From Azolla caroliniana (taxonomy: Eukaryota > Plantae > Polypodiophyta): DNA of 64,000 bases. Location: the NCBI GenBank assembly GCA_043228905.1, contig JBHGNT010000020.1:9424001-9488000 (forward strand), given 5' to 3'. The position numbers and the translations under genes were made by a program. The notes beneath the pieces were generated by a model, which saw only the letters and a list, made by a program, of their open reading frames with translations, ran no database searches and was not told the DNA's origin. Shown here piece by piece: positions 12,980 to 25,754 of this stretch (positions are counted from its first letter, which is position 1; the number at the start of each line of letters is the position of its first letter).

Positions 12980-14166
12980 CCTCGGCTGATCATCCATGTC
13001 GACTCATTGAGAGTCGTCTGATACCCGTCTTCAGCTAACATGCCGATGGAGACCAGACTCCTTTTTAGATCGGGTACATGCCAAACTTGGTGCAGGGTAA
13101 TCATGTTGTCATTCGGCAATCGAATGGGACCTCTTCGATCCCTACAATTATGCACTCATGCCCATTGTCAAGTCGGACAGTGTCACTGGCATCAGCCGAA
13201 TAGTTCAAAAACCATTCAATGTTTGGGGTTACGTGAAATGTGGCACCAAAGTCTAGTAACCACGTGTGTGCATCTTGCGCACTATAGAGGACTTCTCCGA
13301 TTACCGAGTCCCCTAGAGAGAGGAGTCGGCAACATTGATTTGGTTGCCAATTGGAGAGCGGTTTGAGTCAGATCGTCCTCGGTTCCACTTGGATCGTCGA
13401 TCGCTCTCTTTTCTCTTAATTGACCAGCAGTCGAAAACGTTGTGACCGGCTTTTCTACAATGAGTGCAGAAATCACTTGGTCGGCTATTTGTAGACTTCA
13501 ACCGTTGTCCGTCTCCCCTCTTTCTCGATCGACTGGTGTTTCAACCGGATCGTTCGGCTTGTTCTCTCGATCGATCCAGTCGAGTGATGGGCTTCTACCA
13601 ACTCGTCAATGGTGAGTCCCATCGATTTTCACTGAATGTCCTCTGTGAGGATTTGACCGATAGTGTCGTCTAGGTTCAGCCTGGGGCTGCTATTGGCGAA
13701 AGTCGTGCAGAATACCTCCCAACTCGCCGGCAAGCTCGATAGGAGGGCAAGGGCTTTCACTTCTTCGTCGAAGTTGATCCCTTGGGAGGAGAGTTCAAAC
13801 AACACCCGGTTGAAGGTGTTGATGTGGGAGGTTGTTGGATCTGTCTCTCTCATCTTCATCTTGAATAGTTATCTGATCAGTATCAGTTTTGAAGATGAGG
13901 ACTTCTTTTCATACACAACCTGTAGGTTCTCCCACAAAGAGAATGTTGTCGTGCCCTCTCCCATACTGAAATAGACGTTTTCAGCCAGATGCATCCGAAT
14001 GGTGGAGCGTGCAATTTCGTCTATTAATCTCCACTCTTCGGTTGATATTGAGGCAGGTTTTTCGTTATGTTGAATGGCCTCAACCTATCTTCAAATGATC
14101 AGCACGTCTTCCATCATCTCCTTCCATAGGGCAAAGTTTTTGTCATCGAACTTTCAGATTTCAACT

Positions 14167-14513
14167 TGTTGAGAATCAAGCTCAACTTGGTCTAGTGTGT
14201 GAAATCACCTTGAGAGTGAATAGACACTCCAACGGTTAAGAGTCACCATTATGTCACCACTTTGTATTCTAGCATTTAGTATGAGTCATAGAATCATATT
14301 CTATGACACATAACTTATGAGCTTTCACATTCCCCATGCTCCATGAGTCTTGTAGTTAATGAAGAGAGAGGGTGACTATATAAAGCACCCTCCTCCCACC
14401 TTGTATAATGTTGAGTCTTTCTCCTTTGTTAATATACTCTTACCTTGTGTATTCTCTGTGTCTTACTCCTTGTCTCTCTCTCACTCTCTCTCACTCTCTC
14501 TCACTCTCTCTCA

Positions 14514-14545
<32 letters not shown>

Positions 14546-14592
14546 GTTCATATCTATTCCGCTACACAGAATCCATCTCTTGATTCTTTACA
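14167..14592 (+). mobile_element. Copia solo LTR
   Basis: TGTTGAGAATCAAGCTCAAC...TTTACA with a 5-bp TSD CAACT. Similar to the LTR at 37735-38180. Confidence 0.88.
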
Positions 14593-15015
14593 CAACTCAT
14601 GTTCCAGATGTTGAATTCATGTTCTTTTGAAGTGAGATTTACTGACCTAGTCTTTTCTTTCAGCTATGGGGTTTCCTCTTCTTGGTTTTTGTGTTATTCG
14701 TTACCGTTGAACAACAAGTCGCTCTAATACCAGTTGATGAATGATGTTCGAATGAATGCGTGGAAGTATGTGTGTGAGGAACTATTGAACTATGCATAGC
14801 AAACAACACAAATATGTAGCAATAATAAGAAGAAGATGGTAGACACAGTTTGAGCTTCAATGGAGTTTCTCTGTTATTCTATAACTCTCTCTACAAGACT
14901 AAAAAAAGATCATTATCGTTACAACATTAGGTTAGAGTTCATATACTCAAGCCCTAACTATTTGGACATGTTCACACTTGTATGGATGCAAAGTGGAAGG
15001 AGTCATCCTTTTATG

Positions 15016-16939
15016 CGCCAACAATGGAACCTTATTCCTCATTCACCTCGCCGGAAAGCAATTGGTTGTCAATGGATTTACAAGGTGAAATATAATGCAA
15101 ACGGCACAATCAATCAGTACGACTTGTAGCAAAAGGCTTCGCTCAAACACACGGAGTTGATTATGAAGATATCTTTGCCCCGGTGGCAAAGATGACGACC
15201 ATTCAGACCGTAATTGCGCTTGCAGCAGCAAAAGGATGGCAGCTTCATCAAATGGACGTAAAGAACGCCTTTCTTCAAGGCGAATTAGAAGAGGTGTACA
15301 TGGTACAACCACCCAGCTTCAAGTCAAGCTTGCATCCGACTACGATATGTCGACTTAATAAGCCTTGGCAGCTCTATCAAATGGACGTAAAGAACGCCTT
15401 TCTTCAAGGCGAATTAGAAGAGGTGTACATGGTACAACCACCCGGCTTCAAGCCGAGCTCGCATCTGACTGTGATATGCCGACTTAATAAGCCTCTCCGT
15501 GGCCTCAAGCAAGCACCTAGAGCATGACATTCGAAGATAATGCAATATCTTCATCAAGTCAACTTTAGAATGTCCAAGTCTGATAATTCCCAGTTTATCC
15601 GGAGTGACTCCAAAGGACAGATATTCATCATAATATATGTTGATTACTTGGTGATTGGAGGAGAACACATAGCCAACATCAATAATATCAAGATGCTCCT
15701 CTCCGGCGGATTCAAAATGAAGGATATGAAAGAGTTCCATTACTTCCTAGGTATCAAAGTAATTCATAAACCGGACGACATTATGATCTCCCAACAACAC
15801 TACATTCTAAACTTATTGTTCAAGTTTGGAATGATAGAGTGCAAACCTGTGGTGACCCCTCTCGATCAAAACCTCAAGCTTGGTACCGACTCTAGCACCA
15901 CAAATTGTGATCCAACATGATATCGACAACTTGTTGGAAGCCTCATCTATCTCACCATCACCTCACCTGACCTCAACTATTCGGTCGGCCTCCTTCGCCA
16001 ATTCATGCTAACACCACATGATATTCATCTAGAATGTGCTAAACAAGTGTTACGATACGTAAGTGGTACCACAAATTATGACATTCTCTACAAGTCGCCA
16101 ATGCCAATTTGACTCGAAAGGTACGTACATCTCGACTAGGCCGGCTACAAAGCTGACAGGCGATCAACCTCTAGATTCGTCTTCTCCCTCGATAGCAGAG
16201 CCATATCTTGGAGAAGCAAGAAGTCGTTGACAGTCGCACTATTGAGCATAGAGGCTGAATATAGGGGCGTGACCGTTGTTGCATGTGAAGCAGTATAGCT
16301 CAAAAGGATTCTAAAGGATCTAGACGTCTCCATCAAAGATACAATCATGCTCTACTGCGACAACCTCAACAACATACATCTCACTCGGAACCCAGTCTTC
16401 CATGCTCGGACTAAGCACATCGAGGTGCACTATCACTTCATCCGAGAACGTGTCTTGGCAGGGGATGTCGACCTCAAACACATCAATACTACCCATCAGA
16501 CAGCCGACATCTTTACGAAGGCACTTGGGGTTGACAAGCTTCGGCAATTCACATCGGACCTTGGTCTTTCAACTTTTGACTTGCCAAGCTTGAGGGGGAG
16601 TGAGCCGGAGCCAAACACGGACATCACCGAAGCCGGACGAATACGGAAAATGGAGTGAGTCGGCCAGACATCATCAAAGTCAAACTCGGACACCACCTGA
16701 GCCGACTATCTAGCCACCAGAAGTTGAGCTTGAAGGGACATGTTGAGAGTCAAACTCAACTTCCCCAAAGGTGTGAACACCCCACTACTATGTAACAATA
16801 ACTAATGTATCATAGATGTAACTCCTACGACACATATTTATGAGGTAGTTAAGTTTTCCCCTCTTTCCCGAGAGGTACACACACACACATAACCCTAATT
16901 CATTTCCGCTGCACACAATCACACATTCAATTGTTTACA
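15016..16939 (+). mobile_element. Ty1/Copia 3' fragment (RT/RNase H pseudogene, 3' LTR 16741-16939)
   Basis: Motifs [13 protein letters not shown] (present twice because of a ~129-bp tandem duplication), IYVDY and ARTKHIEVHYHF, with several stops. Confidence 0.85.
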
Positions 16940-16974
16940 AGTATTCTAGTGACTACAAAAATGATAAAGAAAGG

Positions 16975-17228
16975 CAAACACGGGCTTCTTTTAAACCCGC
17001 ATAGGTTATTCATGAATCTTTTACAATATGTGCTTAACATCGATGATGGTAAGGTGCATGCCAATGACCTCAAGCTTAGGGGTATTTAGAGAATTTTGTA
17101 GAAAGTGTAGGGGTATTCTAGTAAATATAGAAAAAGGCCAAGAAAAGCACACAAGGGCTTCTTTTAAACCCACGTGGGTTATCTATGAATCTCCTATAGC
17201 ATGTGCCTTAACATTGATGATGGTAAGG
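16975..17228. repeat. Diverged direct repeat (~80 bp, two copies ~175 bp apart)
   Basis: GGGCTTCTTTTAAACCC...TTAACAT(C/T)GATGATGGTAAGG occurs at ~16982 and ~17156. Confidence 0.7.
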
Positions 17229-17230
17229 CG

Positions 17231-17508
17231 TAGGGATCGACAATTGGCTTAACTGGTTTGGCCTTGTCCAAACTAAACCAGTTAAGCCTTAACTAGTTTG
17301 AGAGTTTTCAAGCTTGAATTGAATTGATTCCTAAACTAGTTTGGTCCTAAACCATTTGGTTCAATTCGGTTGGAGCCTTGCCAAACCGAGCCTAAACCTG
17401 TTAAGGTGGTGGGACAAACATGAAAAGAACCGAATTGAACCGCCAAACTGTTTAAAAACGGTTTGACAACTCGGTTCAGGCTTGAGCCGAGCCGTTGCCC
17501 AACTCCTA
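17231..17508. mobile_element. hAT-type MITE upstream of PRPS5
   Basis: Degenerate TIRs TAGGGATCGACAA / TTGCCCAACTCCTA. Imperfect 8-bp TSD GTAAGGCG/GTAAGCCA. AACCG/AACTG-rich subterminal motifs are shared with 29762-29880. Confidence 0.6.
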
Positions 17509-17748
17509 GTAAGCCAGTGGTGATGGCTTCAAGCTCAGGGGTATATTTGGGAGTTTTGAAGAAAGTATATTTGGGGAATTTTGGGAAGTACAGAGAAAAG
17601 GAGGAGAAAGCTTAGGCACACAACCTCTCAGGGGGCATGGTGCGAATTATGCAAAACCCTGCCTGAGCCAATGGATGAATTGCTCGCGCCACAGACACAT
17701 GAAGACACTGATTAAGCCTCTATTCTACCCTATCCACACAGAGGAGCT

Positions 17749-20564
17749 ATGGCGGCCTCAGCTCTGTCTCTCTCTTCCCTCTCTCTCTCTGTCTCTTCCT
17801 CTTCCCCCTCCATCTCCTTATCCACTTCTTCATCCCTCTCCTTCCCTAAATCCTCTCTCTTCTCCACTCTCCCAACCCCCCTCTTCAGTAAACACAGCTG
17901 CAGCAACTTCAACTTCCATGTCAAAGCTTCTTCCAGCCCCTCTTTCCCATCTGAAGAGAAAGGAGGAGGAGTAGTGATGGAAGAGGAGGAGGAGGAAGAA
18001 GAGAGCCCGGAAGAGATCCGTCGAGCTTTTGAAGACCTATATGGTCCTGCATTCTCTCGCCTCTCGACAAAGAAGACGAACTCAGATGAGGATGGTTTTG
18101 GTGCCGCAAAGAGAGGTGCACGCGATCGGAACCAGAAAGATAACATGGAAGAGAAAGTAGTTCAGGTGAGACGAGTTACCAAGGTTGTGAAAGGAGGAAA
18201 ACAACTCTCTTTTAGGGCTATTGTTGTTGTGGGCGATAAACAAGGTAGAGTCGGAGTCGGAGTTGGGAAAGCTAAAGAGGTCATTATCGCTGTCCAGAAG
18301 GCATCAACGGATGCACGCCGACACCTCATTACTGTGCCGATGACTAAGCAAAAGACATTCCCACATAGGTGACCAATTCTCCATTGTTTCTTTAAATCTT
18401 TTTTCTTTGTTATCTCTTGTTTTATTCGTGGTTTTCATTACTATCAATGTCATTGTTTCCATTGTTGTTGTTATTAATTTATTGTTACTATTATTATTCT
18501 GCTCCTTGTGTTGTGTATTGAATTAATCGATGTTGCACAAAGTGGAATAGATTTAGGATATCTAAAATATATATTTTGTACAAGCTTTTGAGGGAACCAA
18601 TAAGATGGAATTGTGTTAAATCCAGTTATGGAAGAGGGGACATGTAGGTTAGGAACATGGTTGGGATGGGTGTTCAGAGCCTCGGTGATCATGGACAATG
18701 TGGCTGGTTAATTATATGAGATGCATTTGTGATCTGGTATTAAGTGATAAAAAAGAGCTGGGAGATTTGGTGAGGCAAGAAGAGCACAGGATAATTTGTA
18801 AGAGCTTTTGGGAAGCATAATTATGAAATAATACTGATTTGGTGTAGCTTAGTGTCATGCCTGTTGGGCTGGCAATTGTTTATTTGGGTGGACAGATGTC
18901 GATAGCACCAATGTTCAATTACATTTGTCAATGATCATCGAGAGAGCTCGTGAGGACCTATGTGGCCATTTCAAATATAAATGGGGGCACAAATCTCATT
19001 TGTGGTATAATGATTGCCACTCAAAAAAGAGCTAGGTGCAACCCCATGGGGCTGGAATAGCACTAGGTCATCACCCTCAGAAGACATTCACCTATAGGAT
19101 CACCCTGTGTGTTTCTTTCTTTCCCATTCATGGTGTTTGTTTATCATCCTTGTTTATTGCATTGATGTGAGAAAATTCACATTCCTGGCTCTTATTTATT
19201 AACTCTGTGGCTGGGAGGTTAGACTGATGTATGTGACTCTATCCTCATCATGTTGCATGGACATGGGTTTGCTTTTGTATGATATCTTGTGTGCATGGTG
19301 AGATGTACCAGTTTCCCTCCCCATAATAATAATTCCATTTCATAATGCCTATTGCCATCAACGTTATGTCTGCTCCATAATAGTAATGCTGTTCCATATT
19401 AGGGTTTTCAAAATTAAGTCCAGGGCATGAAATATAATCGAATTGTATCCTAGAATGATGAACTGTGCTATATAGCTCAGGTCTGATTTTTGCAACCAGT
19501 TCCCATGAAAGCTAGATATGGGATATGAAGCTAGTGTTATTGTGCTTGTCAATAACATCATTAGACTATTAATGGTCTAAGATTCTCGAGGACACAAGAT
19601 CATTTTTCAAGATTTACATCCTTAGGTAAAACATAAGGCACACTTACAGGGCAGTTTTCACAGCAGAAAAGAACCCTGAAAGGCATCAGAAAATGTGTAA
19701 AATGGCAAGTGAAAAGTAGTAGAAGTTGAACGAACTATTTAAATGGGATCAGACATCTGGAAATGCTACAACACCATGGATGAGCTAAAAGTTCTAAAGA
19801 TCCCCTATCAGCTTTCAAAAAGTGATAAATGCGCAAGCATTTATGGAATATATCTCCTTTCAAACCATGTTTATATCCTGTCATGGTTGTGAAAACGAGT
19901 AAAAAAGAGGAGAAATGTGAAATCTTTATATGTTGATGACTAGAGAAGGAAATCGAAAATGCCATGATCCTAAAGATGATGTAAAAAGTTTGAAGAGCCC
20001 ATTTGGGCTTCCAAACCAAATGTTTTCGGGATCAGTGTTGCTTTATTTTCTCCTTTCAATGGCTATTTTACATGTGAAGCAGTAAAACGTGCGAAATGAA
20101 CGATAGAGTTCATACTCACATGTGGTTGGTTTAGTTCATTGACCTAAAACAGAGGCACATAGGTGTCTGAAGATGTTTTTTTTGGGGGGGGACATGGATG
20201 CTCCTTTCAAACGTGATTTATAATATCTATGAATATTTCAAAATATTAATGTCAATCAAGGTTAATGAAGATACAGTATTTTAACAACTTATAACGGAAT
20301 GATGTCTTATACAGAGCTGAAGGCAAGTTTGGAGCAGCGAAAGTGATGCTACGTCCTGCAGCTATAGGTACTGGCGTGATTGCCGGTGGCTCTGTAAGGA
20401 TAGTGTTGGAAATGGCAGGGGTTGTGAATGGAATGGGAAAAGAGTTGGGAAGCAAAAACCCGTTAAATAATGCTCGAGCTGTCATTGAGGCGATTTCGGG
20501 AATGAAACAATTCCGCGATGTTGCCGAGAAGAGAGGCATCCCCATGGAAGTGCTTTGGCAATGA
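17749..20564 (+). CDS. PRPS5: Nuclear-encoded plastid 30S ribosomal protein S5 (uS5c); exons 17749-18368 and 20315-20564
   Basis: Ser-rich transit peptide, then [27 protein letters not shown] and [19 protein letters not shown]...AG intron joins the exons in frame (HR|[10 protein letters not shown]). Confidence 0.95.
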
Positions 20565-21369
20565 ACTTCCAAATTCTTCAAGGACACTAGTGTAGTTCAA
20601 ATTGATCTCGAGTTTCTACCAAAAAAAATCATGTCTTCTTCTTTGACATGATAGGGTGTGGGAAGTTGGTTCCATTTGTATTGACCTTATCGTTGTATGT
20701 TCCTTTCTTTTTGCCAGTTTTATGAAAAGTGAGACCCAAACAAGCAGGACCGTGGAAAGCGGAATACCTAAAAATGTACTCTCTCTCTCTCTCTCTCTCT
20801 ATCTCTATCTCTATCTCTACCTGTCACCAAGTGTTTTAGCATAAGAGGGCAATCTATTGTTTTTGAAGTCTTAATGGAAGGCGAAACGAGAAAACCGAAT
20901 CAATATCTATTTGTTGTGCTGAATATGTTCACCCTATTGTAACATTAAAAATCATTTAAGAAGGCACATGCATACATTTATTGTTATGGTCTTTTATTTT
21001 TGTATTTTGAATGCTATAACAGTAGTGTCAATTTGCATGGTATCGTCCTTTGCACATTAGTGTCTTGTTTTCTTTTAGTTTACATAGCTTCATGTGGATA
21101 TTACTTGATTGATTGTCTTGTTGCACATCATTGATGACATCTTCCTTGCAAAGATACATGCACCATTATGAAGAATATATGCAAGACTAATATTTGAAAT
21201 TAACTTTGAATAGTGTGGTTATTAGGAACTTGGTCAATTTTTGTCAAGTGTTTAATGTTGAGATGCTCTGTCAATATTTGTTTGTGTTTGGTTCAGATTT
21301 CCTATGAGCAAAACCTTTAAAACATTTTATCATCACATTGATCGTTGAGTTGCATTTTAATGTTTGGCA

Positions 21370-21478
21370 TTTTAGCAACCAAAGCTTGTTGAGAACCAAC
21401 TATTAAATAAGACAATAGTATGTTTTTAGCAACCAAAGCTTGTTGAGGACCAACTTTTAAATAAGACGATAGTATGTT
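21370..21478. repeat. ~54-bp tandem duplication
   Basis: TTTTAGCAACCAAAGCTTGTTGAG...AAATAAGAC.ATAGTATGTTT occurs twice. Confidence 0.85.
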
Positions 21479-24400
21479 TGGTTGCAATTGTCAAGATAAA
21501 ACATACAACTATGAAAGAGTAGACATAAGGTTTTTTCTAAGTATTTAGCATAAGGGTGTTGGTCCATGGCTCGATAATGAGTATTGTGTTAAGTTCACCC
21601 TTTCATATCGATTTAGTTTCTAACCATGCATGCTTATAGATTGGTGGCAAACAAATGGCATTGCAACGTTGAGATTGACTATTGAAATAGAAACAAAGGG
21701 GAGAGCTTACAACCTAACAATCGAGAAAATATCAAGGATGGATTATTCTTAAAGAGGAACGAATTTGGCATTGATGCATTTTCACCAATGGAATGCTAAC
21801 GAAGGGAGAAAATCCTATGATTGGTAATTGAGTCATCTGATTGTTCATTTCACTTGTACTATTTTGTTGAAGGAGAAGTTCCTCATATACATCAGGGAAC
21901 AAAATCAAAGGCCAAGGGAAAGAGAAAAGTGATGGTGATGATGATATTTTTATGTCCTCGGAGCGACATGGTGGTGAGGGTGCCACATTGCTTTCATAGA
22001 GAGAAAGAAAGAAAGATATATTAATGTCTTCTAAGGCCAAAATTTGGCCCATGAGACAATTGGTGTACAATAAAATAGGGTGTCTACCCAATCATTGAAA
22101 TGCTAAGATGAGGGATTGGTGTTGCCATGGTAAACACATGAACGTGATGATATGAAACAAATAAATAGGTGTTGACTTTCCAATAGGTTGTGTGCCCTCT
22201 AGGTTTTAGCCTCATCATTTATTTGTTCCGTTGATTTGATCGCTTTCTAAACACTCTTCCTCATATATAAGTTGTAATGCATTGTGCCTTCCAAACCTTT
22301 AAGAATAAATGGATATAATACCCTTCAAGCAATAAAATGATAGCGAGATAATGTAAATACTTACATTTACTACTCCGACAACATCGGAGTGGAGAGCCAT
22401 TGGTGACCCAATTCCAACAATTGGTGCCAAAAAAAAAATCCAACAATTGGCATCTTCTTCAAGTAGGGTTGCGGCTTAAGACATCAATAAACAAGCATTA
22501 GCACAACCTGCGACATCAACAAGCCAAGGCACAAGCCAAGACATTAACAAATAAGTGCTCGGACAATTTGCGACATTCATAAAAAAAAAAGGAGTTATTG
22601 CACATGAAGTGCGTTAATTGTCGCACAAAACACAATACTCTATAATTTTAGCAAGCATTATTATTTTCCGAAACAATGAAACGGCACATACGTGTTAAGT
22701 TATTCGAGGAATTTCTTTTGATAAATTTTTATGGGAAATGGTTGCTCATTTCTAAAAGAAACTCATATACATTCAATGATTCTAGGCATAACTCTCCCAA
22801 TACAACCATTTTATATACATTATCAATAGTTAATGGATAGATCATGGTGCCAACTTCCACTTCGACAATATTGAATAAATATAGCACGATGGCAATTACA
22901 CTTTATGCATTGCTTTTTAAGCTTTGGTCCATGCACTTGCATATCTCGTAGCTCAGAACCTATTACTCAATTTCTCTCACATATATTTGTAGATTTTGAA
23001 GTTTAATATTTTACATGGTTAGGATTGCAATCCTTATTGTATCCATGGAATAGGATATTTCGAGCCAACATGAGCGTGTTCTCTGTGTATATGAGTGTGC
23101 ATTGGCGCAATTTACAATTAACTATGTGGATGTAACTTCAAGGTCCTAATTAGGCTATGATACTTCCAATGTCAATGGATTGACTGTTGAAAAGACAAGG
23201 TCATGGCCTCATTTGGACAATAAGAAGCCTAAGAGGGTTCTATTATATGGACATAGAGGTCAAGGGTTGCACCACCTCACATGTAGCTTTCACACATCAT
23301 AAATCCTATCTCCTAAGTATTTGATTTGATTTGGGAAATGTAAGCCAACAATAGCTTTCGTTGACAATTTGCCACAAGGCATTCATACAAATCTTTGTTT
23401 AAATTTCATCATATTATCCATTGCCATGTGACAAGACCTACGATAAGTGGATAATTGAGTGATGTTGACCCATACTAGGTTGCAGATTTAGTCAAAAAGT
23501 AGAGAAGACACGATGAAGTTAGTATTTGACGGTGAAAAAAAATGATATCCTAGTGTGTTGAAAGCTACTTGATTGGATGGTTCAAATCTAGTCCGTCCCA
23601 CCCACCCACAACATGTATTCTAATGACAAGAATGGAGTAATTTCAAAAATGTTATTGGAAAGAATGGTGTTAGTAATATCACATATTTGGTGAGACATTT
23701 TCCTCTTAAAAAACTTGAAGTGCATGAGTGTACGTCTTTATGCATTCCACAATATTGCATGCCACAAGTATCTAAACATTACATAAGATTTGGTGTGTGT
23801 TAAAAGAGCAAGAGAATAATGTGGAGTAAAATCAAGTAGACCTTGTATGTATTCCTAGGTCCATATCTAGACATAATACAATAGTGTGACGGTGACCGAC
23901 AAACTTATAATGGTTCACTTACCCAAGTGCACTAATCTATGATTGCATGTGCTGTCAATATTAAAGTACATATGGCATGGTTTGATTGTGAGGCTTTGTG
24001 AGTCTTTATGAATCTAGTGGCATCTAATACGTTGGTAAATTAGACTTGATTTGTTGTTATTTGTGGAGCCAAACGAGGACAATAACATGATTTGATCAAT
24101 GCCTTAGTTTCGCGTCACAAAGAGAGACTACACAAAAGGTTTCCTAGAAAAAGATGCCCTTCGTTGGTTAATGCAAACACACAACATTCAAAGACACTAA
24201 GATGCATCTTAGTTGTAGATCATTAGCCTCACCTAGGACTTGTCTCCTCCAATCGTGGAACTTTGAGGCTTATTTCACAAATGACAATGTCCTCTTTTAT
24301 ACACTTTCTCCTATGAACTCACCAATCACATATATTCTTCTTCTTGCTTGCTTATTGTTAGTTCATCTAGCTCTTGTAACACCCATATAAACCAAAATAG

Positions 24401-24966
24401 CTTGAAAGCTCAAAAACTTCCGTACGACATAGCTTGCCAAACTCTAGTTGACCAATTAGGCCTCAACAAGACATTGAACCTATCTCTGGTCTATTTGGTC
24501 CTATTAAACTATGGACATGCATAGGATTATAATATTAGAGTTGTGTCATGAACAAAATGCGATTTTGTGCATGCATACTCGTTAATATTAGGTTTATATC
24601 CAAATTGTGGGGTTTGACTAGGTGACCATCCAAACAAGCAAATAGACCTATTTATGATATAATCAACTCAATTATATAATTAGCAAGTATGCTTGTAGCA
24701 TTGCAGTGAGTGCTAAGCAAGAAAGCTCTATATGAGGGATTCTGAATGTACTTAATTAAGCCTTGGTCTTTGTCCAATCATCCATACTCTAGTAGACAAG
24801 GTTTGTAAGTGGTATCTCATGAGCCGATGAACCTATATGAGTCATCTGAACTAGCAAGGTGAGGGAATAAAGCGGGGTTTGAAACGTGTACATTGGTTAC
24901 AAACACATGTGGGCTGACGTTGTGGATGCAAGATGGCGAGAATGGCCCGTGTTGGGTGGCCGACCA

Positions 24967-25134
24967 CATACATACATGCATACCTTACATACATAGATAC
25001 ATAGATACATAGATACATCCATCCATACATCCATTGATCCATACATACATGATACATTATACATACATACATACACACACACACATACATAAACACATAC
25101 ATACATACATACATAACTACATACATTACATACA
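24967..25134. repeat. Compound (CATA)n/(CA)n microsatellite
   Basis: Directly visible simple repeat. Confidence 0.9.
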
Positions 25135-25754
25135 TGGTGGCCTGCCTAGATCTAAAGTAAGCTTTAAGGGCTCTTGGCTTGTATGAAATGAACCCCATCA
25201 AAACAAGTCTTCTCCTTCTCCTTTGCTCTTTCTCACACTACCTCAATCTCCTGCCCAGTCCGTCCTCCCCAGAAAGAAGCTATGGATGATCAGGGTTCCC
25301 TATGTTGGACAGAATTAGGAGTTCCCATTGTCTGATATAGATTTAGGGTTGGGTCCTCTTCGTTGGAGAGATTCAGGGGTTTCCTGTGCAGCACAAAGAA
25401 ACTAGGGACTCCTGTGCTAGAGATAGAGAGAGGGCTAAGGTTTTCTGTGTTTGAGAGAGAATTAGGGTCTTACGTGTTGGATTGAGTAATGCTTTCCTGA
25501 GAATTAGATTTCCTGCATATTTGACAGAGGATTAGGTTTTCCTGTGGATTTCACAGAGAATTAGGCGTTTCAGGTGGGAGACAAAATCAGAGTTTTATGA
25601 ATTTGAGACAAATTTTAGCCATTGTATTGAATTAGAGACTGGATTAGGGTTTCTTATGAATTTGAGACAAGATTGGGGTTTCTAATGAATCTAACTGGGA
25701 ATTAGGGGTTTCTAACAAACATGAGATAGTAATAAGACTCTCCAAAGAATTCAG

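Larger units (their letters stand above)
5209..15015 (-). mobile_element. Decayed Ty1/Copia element on the minus strand, interrupted by later insertions
   Basis: RT (LYVDDML, QLDIKTTFLHGDL) at 5800-6660, integrase at 7176-7908, protease/zinc knuckle/gag at 12985-14166, gag start near 14620. PBS TGGTATTAGAGC (tRNA-iMet type) at 14721-14732. LTR limits (5209-5491 and 14735-~15015) are uncertain. Confidence 0.75.

Noticed and set aside
17749-20564. Plastid DNA insertion
   Set aside because: The gene has a transit peptide and a spliceosomal intron, so it is a normal nuclear gene.
20900-24800. Possible old transposon fragments in the PRPS5-DnaJ spacer
   Set aside because: No termini, TSD or recognisable protein motif could be established by eye.
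24851-25201. ORFs over the (CATA)n tract, and the many short ORFs antisense to TE genes
   Set aside because: These are microsatellite or antisense shadow frames with no protein motifs.
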